A DNA stretch of 64,000 bases from Gekko japonicus (lineage: Eukaryota): the NCBI RefSeq assembly GCF_001447785.1, contig NW_015176475.1, positions 629,869-693,868 on the forward strand, read 5' to 3'. This document shows positions 40,942 through 53,409 of this stretch, one piece after another. Position 1 is the stretch's first letter, and the number at the start of each line of letters is the position of its first letter. A program made the position numbers and the translations under genes. The notes beneath the pieces were generated by a model. The model worked only from the letters and a program-made list of their open reading frames with translations. It did not search any database and was not told where the DNA came from.

Positions 40942-42756
40942 AAGAAGATAAGACTTTTGAATGGCTAGTTGAACCTTTGTAACTGTCTGGGTTCTTAGGA
41001 TTGCTTATACTTATGATTGTGTGACATATGCCTGGAATGTGAGTTTTAGTTATATACTGGGTTCCCGCTTTTACCCCTCAGTTTTGACAAAGAGTCTATC
41101 CCTTCAGCATCTCAAATCTCTTTAATAAACTTTCTCTCAAGAAAGCCGTTGTGGACAGTGAGTTGACTGGGAACCTGACACTTATCCTTATGAAGGATGC
41201 ACAGATTACTCTTTTTAAAAAAAGTTTTTGTAAATTTTATTTGAATATAAAACAAATACAAAAGTATAACCAGCAACCAGTCACATGAAAAGACTTGATG
41301 GAGAAAGTGCCAAGTTCAGAAACCCTGCGTGCCGAGGTTATAGCCACCAAAAATAGCGTCTTCATTCACAACCACCTGAAACCATCTTCTCTCAGGGGCT
41401 CAAATGGCACCTTAGTTAGGGCAAATAACACTGTGTGCAGTCTCCAAGTAGGGAACCGATGTACTTGAGGTGGAGCCTTAAGAGATGCACCCTGAAGAAA
41501 TAATTGCACATGCGGATGCTTGGTTAACTTGTAACCTCCTATAGAAAGAAGCACTGTAGAAAGAGCTGCTGTCTGTCTGCATAAGGCAGCCGACTTGATG
41601 CCAGAACATAAACCATCTTGAAGAAATGACAAACTGAGGCTACTGAAGGATGTAATGGATCTACCTTCTTCCTTCTACACCACCTGATGAAGGCCTTCCA
41701 AGTCGTGTTGTAAATGCAAATAGTTGATTGTTTTCTGGAGGAAAGAATGGTGTCCGTCACCTCCAAAGAGTATCCAAGCAGCGTCAGTTGGTTCCTTTCA
41801 TTCATTCATTTTTATTATGCACATTGTCAAGTTTGGTGTTGAGAGTAGTCATCTGTTCCATTAGAGGGCGCAGTGCATTTGCTAACAGCGAAGAAAGGTC
41901 TGTAGATGATTCCTGGTTCTGGGAGGGAGTCGTTGGTATGTTATTTCCAGTCACCAGTTTTTTCTCCGGCGCTCTCTGTCCTCTCCCAACCATAATATCA
42001 ACAAGAAGTAAGTTTTCCAAAACAAAGCAAAAGTTATACGTTTTAATTCCGCTTTGTATATTTTAGCAGCTTTTGCATTCACTTAACTTCTTATGCGCTT
42101 AGTTTGGCTCAAAGTCTCTTTATTTTTTCTTTAAAACCATTTTTTATAGTTTACTCCTATGGGGGGGGCTTGAAATCTCCTCCCCCCGCGCTTCAAACTT
42201 ATTTTTCACCTGAGCTTTGCTTAACTCACAGTTTGTAGCCTTGGAGATCTTTTGGAAGTCTTTTTAACAAGTTGGTCATGATCACTTGCTCCGGCAGTCG
42301 TCTCTAGGTGCCATGCTGGCTCCACGGTGACGGTACCTATTGGGGAAGAAGGTGAGCCTCAATTCCTCTGGCATCCCCTTGGAAGAGGCTCTCCTCAGCT
42401 CCCCAGGCTGGGGGTCTCCTGTAGAGACCCCAGGGGGGTCTGGGACAAACTCGAACTCCTCCCATCAGCCGGGTCTCGGCACGTCTCCATCCGAGCAAGA
42501 CAAGATGCGTTCGAGCGGCGAAACGCTTAGACCGGAAGTCTCAAGAAGATAAGACTTTTGAATGGCTAGTTGAACTTCTGTAACTGTCTGGATTCTTAGG
42601 ATTGCTTATACTTATGATTGTGTGATGTGTGCCTGGAATGTGGGTTTTAGTTATACACTGGGTTCCTGCTTTTACCCTTCAGCATTTCAACTCTCTTTAA
42701 TAAACTTCCTCTCAAGAAAGCCATTGTGAAGAGTGAGTTGACTGGGAACCTGACAC
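40942..42756 (+). repeat. Imperfect direct repeats 40942-41181 and 42543-42756 flanking the L1/DIRS chimera
   Basis: AAGAAGATAAGACTTTTGAATGG...GGGAACCTGACAC occurs in both copies. Confidence 0.9.
41211..42542 (-). mobile_element. Chimeric element: L1 5'UTR plus ORF1 start, fused to a DIRS YR fragment and an A-rich tail
   Basis: Starts GAGACTTCCGG at 42542. ORF1 ATG at 41993 (LLANALRPLMEQMT, homologous to the 7.4-8.3 kb ORF1). YR at 41283-41795 (FPTWRLHTVL..LTKVPFEPL, FLVAITSARRVSEL). AATAAA and A tract at 41211-41245. Confidence 0.8.
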
Positions 42757-43333
42757 CTCCCTGCTGAAAGATTTAAAGGGCCCTCCACCTGATTGGCGTG
42801 CCATGCACTTCTTGCTAATCAGCTGAAGCCCTTTAAATCTCTGCAGGAGGGGAGGGAGAGAGGTGGCTGCAGGTGGCCACAGCTTGTGGGTGGGCTTGGG
42901 GGCATCCTTGCCCACCCCTGGAATGTCCCCCAAATCCCCCCTCCAGAGTGACAAGGGGACCTTGCAACCCTAAATAGGCCTTACTTAGTCCCTTGTAAAT
43001 GTTCATAGGATTGCATCCATAGTTATTTGACATCTTTGGCTATGTTGTTAATGACTCCCAGGGTCTTTGTTTTGTTATTGTTATTCCCAAACAACTTTGT
43101 GGCTTCTTGGTCAGATTTTTTTTTAATGAAGATGGAATGACTCTGGTGCACTTGAACAGTAAAATGGTGACCTTTGTGCTTCCTGGTGCATAATTGTCAA
43201 AGCTCCGATTTCTGCCTGGTGCGTTGCTTTAATCCTGCTGCATCGTAAATGCCAGCTGCTTTGCCCAGATGGCACCTTCTACCATTTGTCTCAAAACATT
43301 GTTCAACCTCTCTTGAATTGCCTGTTTTTGTAG

Positions 43334-43594
<261 letters not shown>

Positions 43595-43836
43595 TAAGTA
43601 TAGCAAATGCATTTAATTTTTGTTGTTCAGTCAAGTAAAGAAAACATGTTTGTGTATTTGGCGTTATAATATAACTGTTTTTTCATGTTTTATGCAATTA
43701 TCAACTTAATATTTGTGAGCAGTAACTTGATCCTTGTGTGGAGTTAACTTTTATTTAAAATCAAGTAAGGGTAAAAGCAAAAGACTGATAAAACTGCCAA
43801 AATGATCATTTAGCAGAGCTTTTGGTCTTTTTTTAG

Positions 43837-44076
<240 letters not shown>

Positions 44077-44142
44077 TAAAACTTGTTAAATGAAAACTAG
44101 GATCTCTTTTCTTTGCAGATGGCTTAACTATTGGCTTTCTGA

Positions 44143-44473
<331 letters not shown>

Positions 44474-44840
44474 TAAGTAAATATCGTAATCTTAACAGTT
44501 TTCCATGTAATCATCAAAAGCAGGATTCATTGGGAACTTGTTAAGATTTAGCTTAATTGCAAGGACTAAATTTACAGTGAGATGCATATGATCTGTCAGA
44601 TTTATTGGTTACTTAATTAATTCGAATCTTTTATGATCTTTGTAAAATTTTCTGTATTGTTTCTCATATGCGGTAAGGTAAACTTGCTGGAATCTATCCT
44701 TTAGTTCCATAATAGAAGCAACAATTATTATTGGTCCCTGTTACTTATATGATGTTTTTATAAATGTGTTGTTCTGTTTGTTAAAATGCAAACATTCTCA
44801 GCTATGTGACCCAGAAATACCCTTGGCTATTTGTCTTCAG

Positions 44841-44949
44841 GGCTTTTGCTAAGAAACAGCAGCAGTTGAGTGCGCTGAAAGTTCTGCAGAGGAATTGTGC
44901 TGCCTATCTGAAGTTAAGGCACTGGCAGTGGTGGAGGGTGTTCACAAAG
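44841..44949 (+). CDS. MYH10: MYH10 exon ([36 protein letters not shown]), 109 nt
   Basis: IQ2; AG/GTAGGT. Confidence 0.98.
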
Positions 44950-45034
44950 GTAGGTAGTTTTTTCCTAATGTGTTCTGAACATAAAGAAAAGTGATTTGCC
45001 TTGTTGCCCTCATTGTCTGTGCCATACTTTGCAG

Positions 45035-45166
45035 GTGAAGCCTCTGCTTCAGGTAACTCGCCAGGAAGAAGAACTTCAGGCTAAGGATGAGGAGCTGGTG
45101 AAGGTGAAGGAGAAACAGTTAAAGGTGGAAGCAGAACTTGAAGAGATGGAAAGGAAACATCAGCAG
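45035..45166 (+). CDS. MYH10: MYH10 exon ([17 protein letters not shown]...ERKHQQ), 132 nt
   Basis: Head-rod junction; AG/GT. Confidence 0.97.
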
Positions 45167-45346
45167 GTTTGTATATAGGATCTGGCCGTGCAGAAGCTTA
45201 CTTACCTGGATATTTATTTTATTCTGGCTTTCTCCCACTAGGCTTAAGGTGGTAATTTGTTGATTTTTGACTCTGGCATAAAACCAAAATTGAACACTTC
45301 TGACTGTAGCATTGAAGTGGTTGTCTCTTATATCTAAATAATTTTA

Positions 45347-45425
45347 GGTAAAGGTAAAGGTAAAGGTTCCCTTGCTCGAAAGCCAGTCGAATCCGACTCT
45401 AGGGTTGCGGTGCTCATCTCCGTTT
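45347..45425 (-). mobile_element. Sauria-SINE-like 3' end
   Basis: (GGTAAA)n tail followed by AGTCGAATCCGACTCTAGGG..GCGGTGCTCATCTCCG. Confidence 0.7.
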
Positions 45426-46026
45426 AGAAAAAGACCTGGGTTCAGGGAAGCTTATTTTGCTGTACCTTGCGTTGGGAACAGCATAAGTTCAGTTTTCCTT
45501 GTGGAAACAAAGGGACTGGACCTTAATTACTACCAGTGGTTGGGCACAAAATTCCAAAGGATTGTTGCAAAAATGCATCTTCAGTCCTTTCTAAAAATAT
45601 AAACACTTGTCTTCTTCTGTACATGGGAGTATAATTACCTCTCCTTTTTGTATTTAGCTTTTGGTTGCAGGAACAGCTGGAGGGTAGTGTAATGGAAGTG
45701 GACTGGAGCAGGGAGGTGTAATAGATGAAACTTGTGTTGATCCCAGTGTATGTTCCCTCTTCTCCAGGATTGCCACCTGTTTTTTCTATCCGCAGAGACA
45801 GCATGAAGAAAAATTGAAACATGGAGCTGTAGCAAAACCTTTTCTCCAGCAATTTGGCTCAAAGTTTTTGCAGCTACTAGCTGTGGAGATTGTTCATTCA
45901 TGCTCACTATTTGTTAGCATTGTTTTAAGGTGGAGATGAGCTTTATTAAACTTTCCTGTATCTGGGAAAGACTAATTTCCCAAAGATTGGCACATTGCTT
46001 TGTGAAATAATACTTTAAAATTTTGA

Positions 46027-46260
<234 letters not shown>

Positions 46261-46331
46261 TAGGGTAATTGGATAATATGCCTGAATATTGGAGTGGTAT
46301 CCTATTTTTAGTAAGATTTTGAAATGGATGA

Positions 46332-46544
<213 letters not shown>

Positions 46545-47204
46545 TAGTGCTTGTAAATGTGGTAAAGTGGCAAAAAGTATGAATTCTGTCTTCCCTGACA
46601 TTTTTGAAAGGCAGAGAATAATGGCTTGTAGTGAAAAAGGATAATGTGTCTTACTGTATCAGCACCTCTTATCTGAAATTTTATAATGTTCATGTGTGTG
46701 TAGTGATGACTCACTTATGAGCAGTTATACATTTAAGTACAGATTGTTATGGTTTTATTAACATATCAGTTCAGTCACATTTAGAATAATTTCACAGCTT
46801 ATATGTTGATTAAAATCTAAATAGACATTCACATGAAGGGAAGACATTATATAGTACATATATATTTAGGGGCATTATTTAGCTCACCAGCTTTTCCTCT
46901 ATTTGCCTGTAATCTAATGAGTATCAACATCTGCAGACTGTTAATTTGTGGATTTAGACTCACCACACCAAGGCTGAGAACAATCCCTTGTCAAGTCCCA
47001 TGATACTGTGTTGTGGTAATGTCATAAGTCATGCAGAGAGATTATACCTGCTGTTCAATGACAAGACAGCTAGGGTTTTATGGCAGATATGACCTCCTCT
47101 TAGTGAAGTAAAGGGTTCACTCACCTGTATATCTAGTATCTCAATTTTAACATTAAGTGAGTTTATGCTCTCAGAAGTATGGTCTGTTTGAAATGCCTCA
47201 AGAT

Positions 47205-50200
47205 ATTTATTTAGACTTATACCCTGCCCTTCCAGCCAAGGACGGCTCAGGACGGCTTACAACAGAATAAAACACACTCATAAATTTAAATCATCCTAAA
47301 AACAGATAAAACATTTCAACATTTTAAACATTTTAAAATGCTAGCATTTCATAACATTAATAAATTATTAAATTATGGTGGCTCCTTTAGTCGTAGTGGT
47401 CAGCCCATTGAACTAATCTTGTGCAGCCCACTTATCAGGGCGGCTCCTAATTGAAGGCCTGGTGGAAGAGCTCCATTTTGCAGGCCCTGCGGAACTGCAT
47501 AAAGTCCCACAGGGCCCTGATCTCCTCTGGGAGCTCATTCCACCAGGAAGGAGCCACCACCGAGAAAGCCCTGGCCCTGGTTATAGCCAGTCTGGCATCT
47601 TTAGGACCAGGGAGGGCCAATCGATGTTGTGACCCTGATCGCAGTGCTCTCTGGGGAACTTATGGGGAAAGACTGTCTCTCAGGTATGTAGGTCCCTGAC
47701 CATAAATGGCTTTAAAGGTAAGAACCAGCACCTTGAAGCGAATCCGGTATACTATTGGTAGCGAGTGCAATGCGTTCAGCACAGACTGAATGTGCTCCTG
47801 CATTGGGAGACCCATTAACAGCCTGGCTGCAGCATTTTGCACTAGCTGTAGCTTCCGGATTTGTGACAAGGGCAGCCCCTTGTAGAGAGCATTACAGTAG
47901 TCCAATCTCGAGGTGACCATTGTGTGGATCACTGTTGCCAAGTCGCTGCATTCAAGGAAGGGAACCAACTGCCTAATCATCTGAAGATGGTAGAAGGCCA
48001 ACTTGGCAGTGGCTGCTACCGGGGCCTCCATCATTAAGGAGGCATCCAAGAGCACTCCCAAACTCCTAACCTCCGGTGCTGGCACCAGCGGTGCCCCATC
48101 AAAGGTCGGGAGTGGGATCCCTATCCTCGATTCACCTCGACTTGGGCACAGGACAGCACTGTCGATCCATCTTGATCCAGATGCCTCCAGAGATCATTTG
48201 TGAGGGCGACCCAGGCAAAAGCCAGACTGGAAGGGGTCTAAAATGGAAGCGTCATCCAAAAAACTCTGTAACTGAATTGCCACAGCCCTCTCTATTAGCT
48301 TGCCCAAATAGGGCAAGTTGGAAACTGGCCAGTAGTTCGCCAATTCGGCCAGGTCCAGATATGACTTTTTAAAGAGAGGACAAAGCACCGCTTCCTTAAG
48401 TGCCCCCGGGAACAGCCCCTCCAAGAGAGACTTGTTTACAATTTCCCTTAAGGCACCTTGAAACCCCTCGTGGCCAGCTTTAATTAGCCACGAAGGGCAT
48501 GGATCCAGGAAGCATGTGGTAGGGCGTACAGTTAAGAGCAGTTTGTCAACTTTCTCTAGGCTGAGTGGACTGAAATGTTCCATAACCTGACCAGAAGTTG
48601 TGCATGGAGCCTCAAGTTCACTCACTGTTTCAAGTGTGGTGGAGAGGTCACGGCAGAGCGACAAGACTTTATCTGCGAAATAGCTCGCAAAAGCCTCACA
48701 GCCAATGTCCAATTCCCTAGCATTTGGTCTGTCCTGTGGCAGAGTAGTTGTCACGGCTCAGGTGGGGTGTCACCTGACGCTGCCACCACTCTGGATTTAG
48801 GTTCCCTTGACAAGGCCCAGAGCACCCTCCCTTCTGACCTCCCTTTTGGCTGAATAACAGGCGTGAGGACCAGGCAGAGTGAAACAAGGAAAAGGTTTAT
48901 TTTATAGGAGGTCAAACAACAAGGTGCAGAAATATAATAGTAAGTGGGTGAAAAGAAAAGAAATCAAATGCCGTAATGCGTCTAAATATATACTGTCCCT
49001 AGCTCACTATTCCAAGTAACACTAGACTACTCACCCTTCCCTCAGGATGAGGATCTCTTCCCTGCAGCAGCCTTCCTTCTGGCTCTGCCCTCTGGGGAAA
49101 AGAACAGCTTCTGCTCTGGCACCAGCCCTTTTGTTCCCCAGCCCTTTTCTTCCCTATTGGTCAATTTTGGTTCCAAAACCTCTCAGGGGCTTCTGGGAGT
49201 TCTAGGCCCAGCCTCACCTACTGCTAGCCAGGCTCCCTGGGCCTAGTAGGCCTCTGGTGGCACAGCCCAGATCATGACAATAGTAATGGACCCAGTCGTT
49301 CTAAACAATTGGGCTGGTCGTGAGCTTGCAGATGCATAGTACTCTCTCTTTGCAGCTTTGACTGCCATCTCATAGGATCTCATAAACGTCCTATATGATG
49401 CTCTTGTAGCTTTGTCGCGGGCATGCCATCACTGTCTCTCTAGCCGTCTTAGCCTTTGCTTCATCGGTCGCAACTCCTGGGTAAACCAGGGAGTGAGCCT
49501 GGAGCAAGGGCGCTGGGGAGTGATCTCGTCATTGGCTGCCAAGAGTTGGCTGTGCCAGTCCTCTACAAGCTCATCTAACGAGCCGCCAGGGGGCATTGGA
49601 TCCCGGAGAGCCATCTGAAGCCACATAGGGTCCATTTGACTCCATGGGCAAGCTAAAATATACTCGCCACCCAAACAAGGTTGGGGTGTCACATTCAGTC
49701 GGGCCCTCAAAGCAAGGTGGTCTGACCACGGCATTGCCAAAGTAGTGATCTGGTCCACTGTAACCCCAGCTGCAAAGATCAGATTGAGCGTGTGCCTGGC
49801 CCAGTGAGTGGAGGTCATTACATATTGGGAGAGTCCTAGCGCCGCCATGGATGACACCAGGTCCGCTGCCTGAGTAGAGGCCACAGCGCGTCTGCATGGA
49901 CATTGAAATCACCCAGGACTATCAGTCTAGGGTGTTCCAATGCCCAGCCTGATATGGCCCCCACCAGGGACAGCAGACTATTGGGCAGTGCGTTGGGCGG
50001 TCGGTACACCAGCCAAATCGCCAAAGTCTCCCCGGCCTCCCACACCAGGCCGACACACTCAATGCCCGTGATCCTTGGCGGTGGGAGCGCCCTGAAAGAG
50101 TAAGCCTCCCGAATGAATAGAGCCACTCCTCCCCCTGCCCCCTAGTCTGCGATTGGTGGAGGACCGAGAACCCAGGAGGAGCAAGTTGGGAGAGAGCTAC

Positions 50201-50335
50201 TGTCTCCCCATCTCACACCCAAGTCTCGGTCATGCACACCAGGTCTACATTCTGCTCGAGCAGGTAGTCCCGAAGTGGTCTTATTATTTATAGACCTGGC
50301 GTTACACAACACCAATGTCGGAGGGGGGTTATTCC
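47205..50335 (-). mobile_element. L2-type LINE, degenerate, with internal deletion and a nested solo LTR
   Basis: Endonuclease (LCNARSINNK, VYRPP, LGDFN, WSDH), RT N-terminal part (NYWPVSNLPYLGK, QSGF), C-terminal part (SRLDYCNAL, LQLVQNAAAR, RIRFKVLVL). Confidence 0.92.
48749..49279 (-). mobile_element. Solo LTR (531 nt) nested in L2
   Basis: TGTCAC...ATGACA termini; near-TSD GTAGT/ATAGT; the L2 frame resumes on both sides. Confidence 0.75.
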
Positions 50336-50659
50336 TCAAGATGCCTCAAGATATACAATTGGTCATTTAGTTTGGGAGGCATCTCTTTGTACCGTAACGT
50401 ACTGCTAACATCAGTTCTGTAGCATGAGTCATATAGTAAATAAAGCTTTTGGAAGTTAGACTTTCTTGTGAAATACTGTAGAGTACTTTAATGCAGCATG
50501 GCTTCTACTTTGCTCTCTGTTTTAAGTATTGGCTGTATCTGGACATATTTTAACTAGCTGCAAGTACTTGCTGCCTGCTAAGGTGGGCAGCACTGGGACT
50601 TTCCCAAGTTGTATCAGGCCCCAAACATCAAGCAAGCCACACCCTGTATCTGATCTTTG

Positions 50660-50996
50660 GCATGGGGATGAATGTGGATCTGACCTCGAGAGAGAGGAGG
50701 CTCTGTGTGATCTGATGCTATTCCACAGGGCCTGTAAGGCAGAGATGTTCCACCAGGCTTTTAGTTGAGGACAGTAATGGGAAGTTAAGACTGGCAACTT
50801 TCCTTTCTATGCCCCCACGTACCCTTCCCCACCCTGCCGTGTGGCTGGTGAAGAGGGATTATTATATCACTATCTTGGATTGGTTTTAAATTATTATATA
50901 TACTGATTGTATTTTAAATGTTTTCATAATGGCTGTAAATCATCCAGAGCCTGCTTGCATGGTGGGTGACTCGTAAATTTAATGAAATAAATAAAA
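50660..50996 (+). mobile_element. L2-like 3' end
   Basis: Inverse homology with 47451-47530 (FHRACKAEMFHQAF); (AAAT)n tail. Confidence 0.6.
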
Positions 50997-51121
50997 CTAT
51001 ATGGCAGCTAGCCCTGGACAGTTGCTCTAAAAATGTGGAAACGATTAATAAGACACTGAGAAACAATGGAAAATATTGTATTATATACACATATTAAAAT
51101 AAATTTCTTATACTCAATTAG

Positions 51122-51245
51122 GAGAAGAAATTAACGGAGGATAGAATTGCAGAGTGTACGTCACAGCTGGCTGAAGAGGAAGAAAAGGCCAAAAATTTAG
51201 CTAAACTCAAGAACAAGCAGGAAATGATGATCACAGATCTGGAAG
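51122..51245 (+). CDS. MYH10: MYH10 exon ([41 protein letters not shown]), 124 nt
   Basis: AG/GT; phase 0-1. Confidence 0.96.
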
Positions 51246-53409
51246 GTTAGCCATTTCAAAAATTTGTGGTATGACAGGAATGGTCAGTAAAAGTCAAAAG
51301 TACACTTATGTTCTGTTACTCAAAATAAGCAAGTGTTTACTACCTATATATGTACTATTTTCTTGAGGCAAGAATATTCAACTGCCTAGTAGGATGAACA
51401 CAGTTCTTGGTAAAATAAATGTTTTGATCTTTGTCTTTTATGATCTAATACTGTATTGAAACTTTGTTTTCTAGATAGCACACTAGTTTCATTCTGTTTC
51501 TGTTTACAAATGAGTGGCTGTTCAGAATGTACTATGCCACTTCAAAGTTCAGCAAAGAGTTTTTGTTTTGTTTTTTAAGTTCCCTCACATTAATCACAGT
51601 AAGCAAAGGGCTGGAGTAAAACCTGTCTCCCTGGTATGCTAATTTTTTTGATTGGAGGGATTTTTAAATGGGGAAAGCATTACAGATGTGACTCTCCCAT
51701 GTGCTTCTGAAGAAGTATAGCCCATTTCGACACCTCAGAATTCTGTTACTTCATTCGGCAGCATGTGTAGACCAGGGCTCAGTCTCAGTTTTTCAATTCT
51801 TCCAATCTGGCTCCTAAGAAATCTCACTGGCTTCTACATTTTTTCAAAAAATTGCATCCCTGTTCATGATACATATTGGTCTAAGAATATTCAGTTGGGG
51901 TAGCCAACAAGTGCTAACTTATTCCTGAACATAGCTGTCTGACTTATTCCCCATGTTATGTTAATAACAATTTCTTGTCTGCTTTTAGAGCAGCCGCTGA
52001 TGGATTATGTTTTGAGAATAAATATCATGAAATGTTTGCAGTGTTATACTTGCCATATCAATTGTGTATGTAACCCCCTTAGATTTAGACACATAATAAT
52101 TCTTGGCTGTTAAAAGCACGTGATGTATTGTAGAATTCTGGCTTTGCTGTCAGATTCCTAATTTTACACGTTTACCAATCTTTGTGTCCTAATTTGGAAA
52201 TAGTTTCTTGCTTAGAATACTGTGGCCAACTGACCTTCTTATGGAAGCATTGTGGTATTTCAGTTCCTGCCAAATGGACTGAAACTGAATAATTAGTGTT
52301 AACAACTGGTATGAGCCATATTGAAGTTGAACTTAGCTTCAGTTGAACTTAATGAGCTTTATATTTGGTAGCTAGATCATGGAAAACATAAAAGTTATCA
52401 CATGCCTATCTGGCAGAAGACTACATTGGCAACTTAACTTATAAATAGATACCTTTCTTTCATAAGTGTCACTTTTTCCCTTACAAGCAGCTAGAAAGTT
52501 AACAGAAGAGAGGCCATGGATTGGATCTTTGATCCATCAGCATAAGTAACAGATGGTCACCAGTCCTCCCAACTTTCCCCTCCCCACAGCAGTCCTTTCC
52601 AGCCTTGGGGCATGGGACCTCTGTGGAGTGATAGCCACGCAGGTTGGAAGCTACGGGATGGGGAGAAAGAGGGCAAAATCATTCCCTCCTGCCTGTTCCC
52701 TGAACTGAGCTCCGCTGCTGGAAGAGGCAGAAAGGTCTGGTTTTGTCCCCTTCCCCACAGCAGCATCCTGACCGATGTGGCTGTTACTCCGTTTGGGTCC
52801 TGTGATCCCAGGAATAAACTTTCCCTCAGCGGTTTTTTCAGACAAGGACAGTCTGCAGGCATTATGCAAATCCTTGCTTAGGATTCAACCCCTTCATCTA
52901 GGAGGCAGATAGTAGCTTAACTTACTGAAAGAGTAACTTTTCCAAGTTCTGTTTCCTGGCACTGCCAGGGAAATGTTCTTTCCTGTGAACTCCTGTGTTG
53001 AGAACTACAAGCTTAGCTTAACAGACACACAGAGCCTTTGTATCCCTTTACCAGCACTAGCCACTACCAAGCAAGATGAAATCATGCCATCTGACCTTAT
53101 TCATCCACTGCTTCAAGGGCTTATGTAGCCCTAGCCAATAATGTTTTCCTATGATCTGCATTATTTTTTCAACCTCACCTCCCTCAAACTCTGTAGATAA
53201 GGAGTATGATATGGATAAGGAGTATGGTTTTTTGTAAAACTCTAAAGGAGGTGAATATTACTTCTTGTCAGAAGTAATAGAATGGGCAGTTCTTGTACCC
53301 TTTTTGTTGATTTATCCATACTTACCCTTAGCCTGCAACAGACTAACTACCTGACAGATTTGCTGTTGTGCGGATAAAGTGGAGGAGAGGAGAATGGTGA
53401 TGTTCTAGG

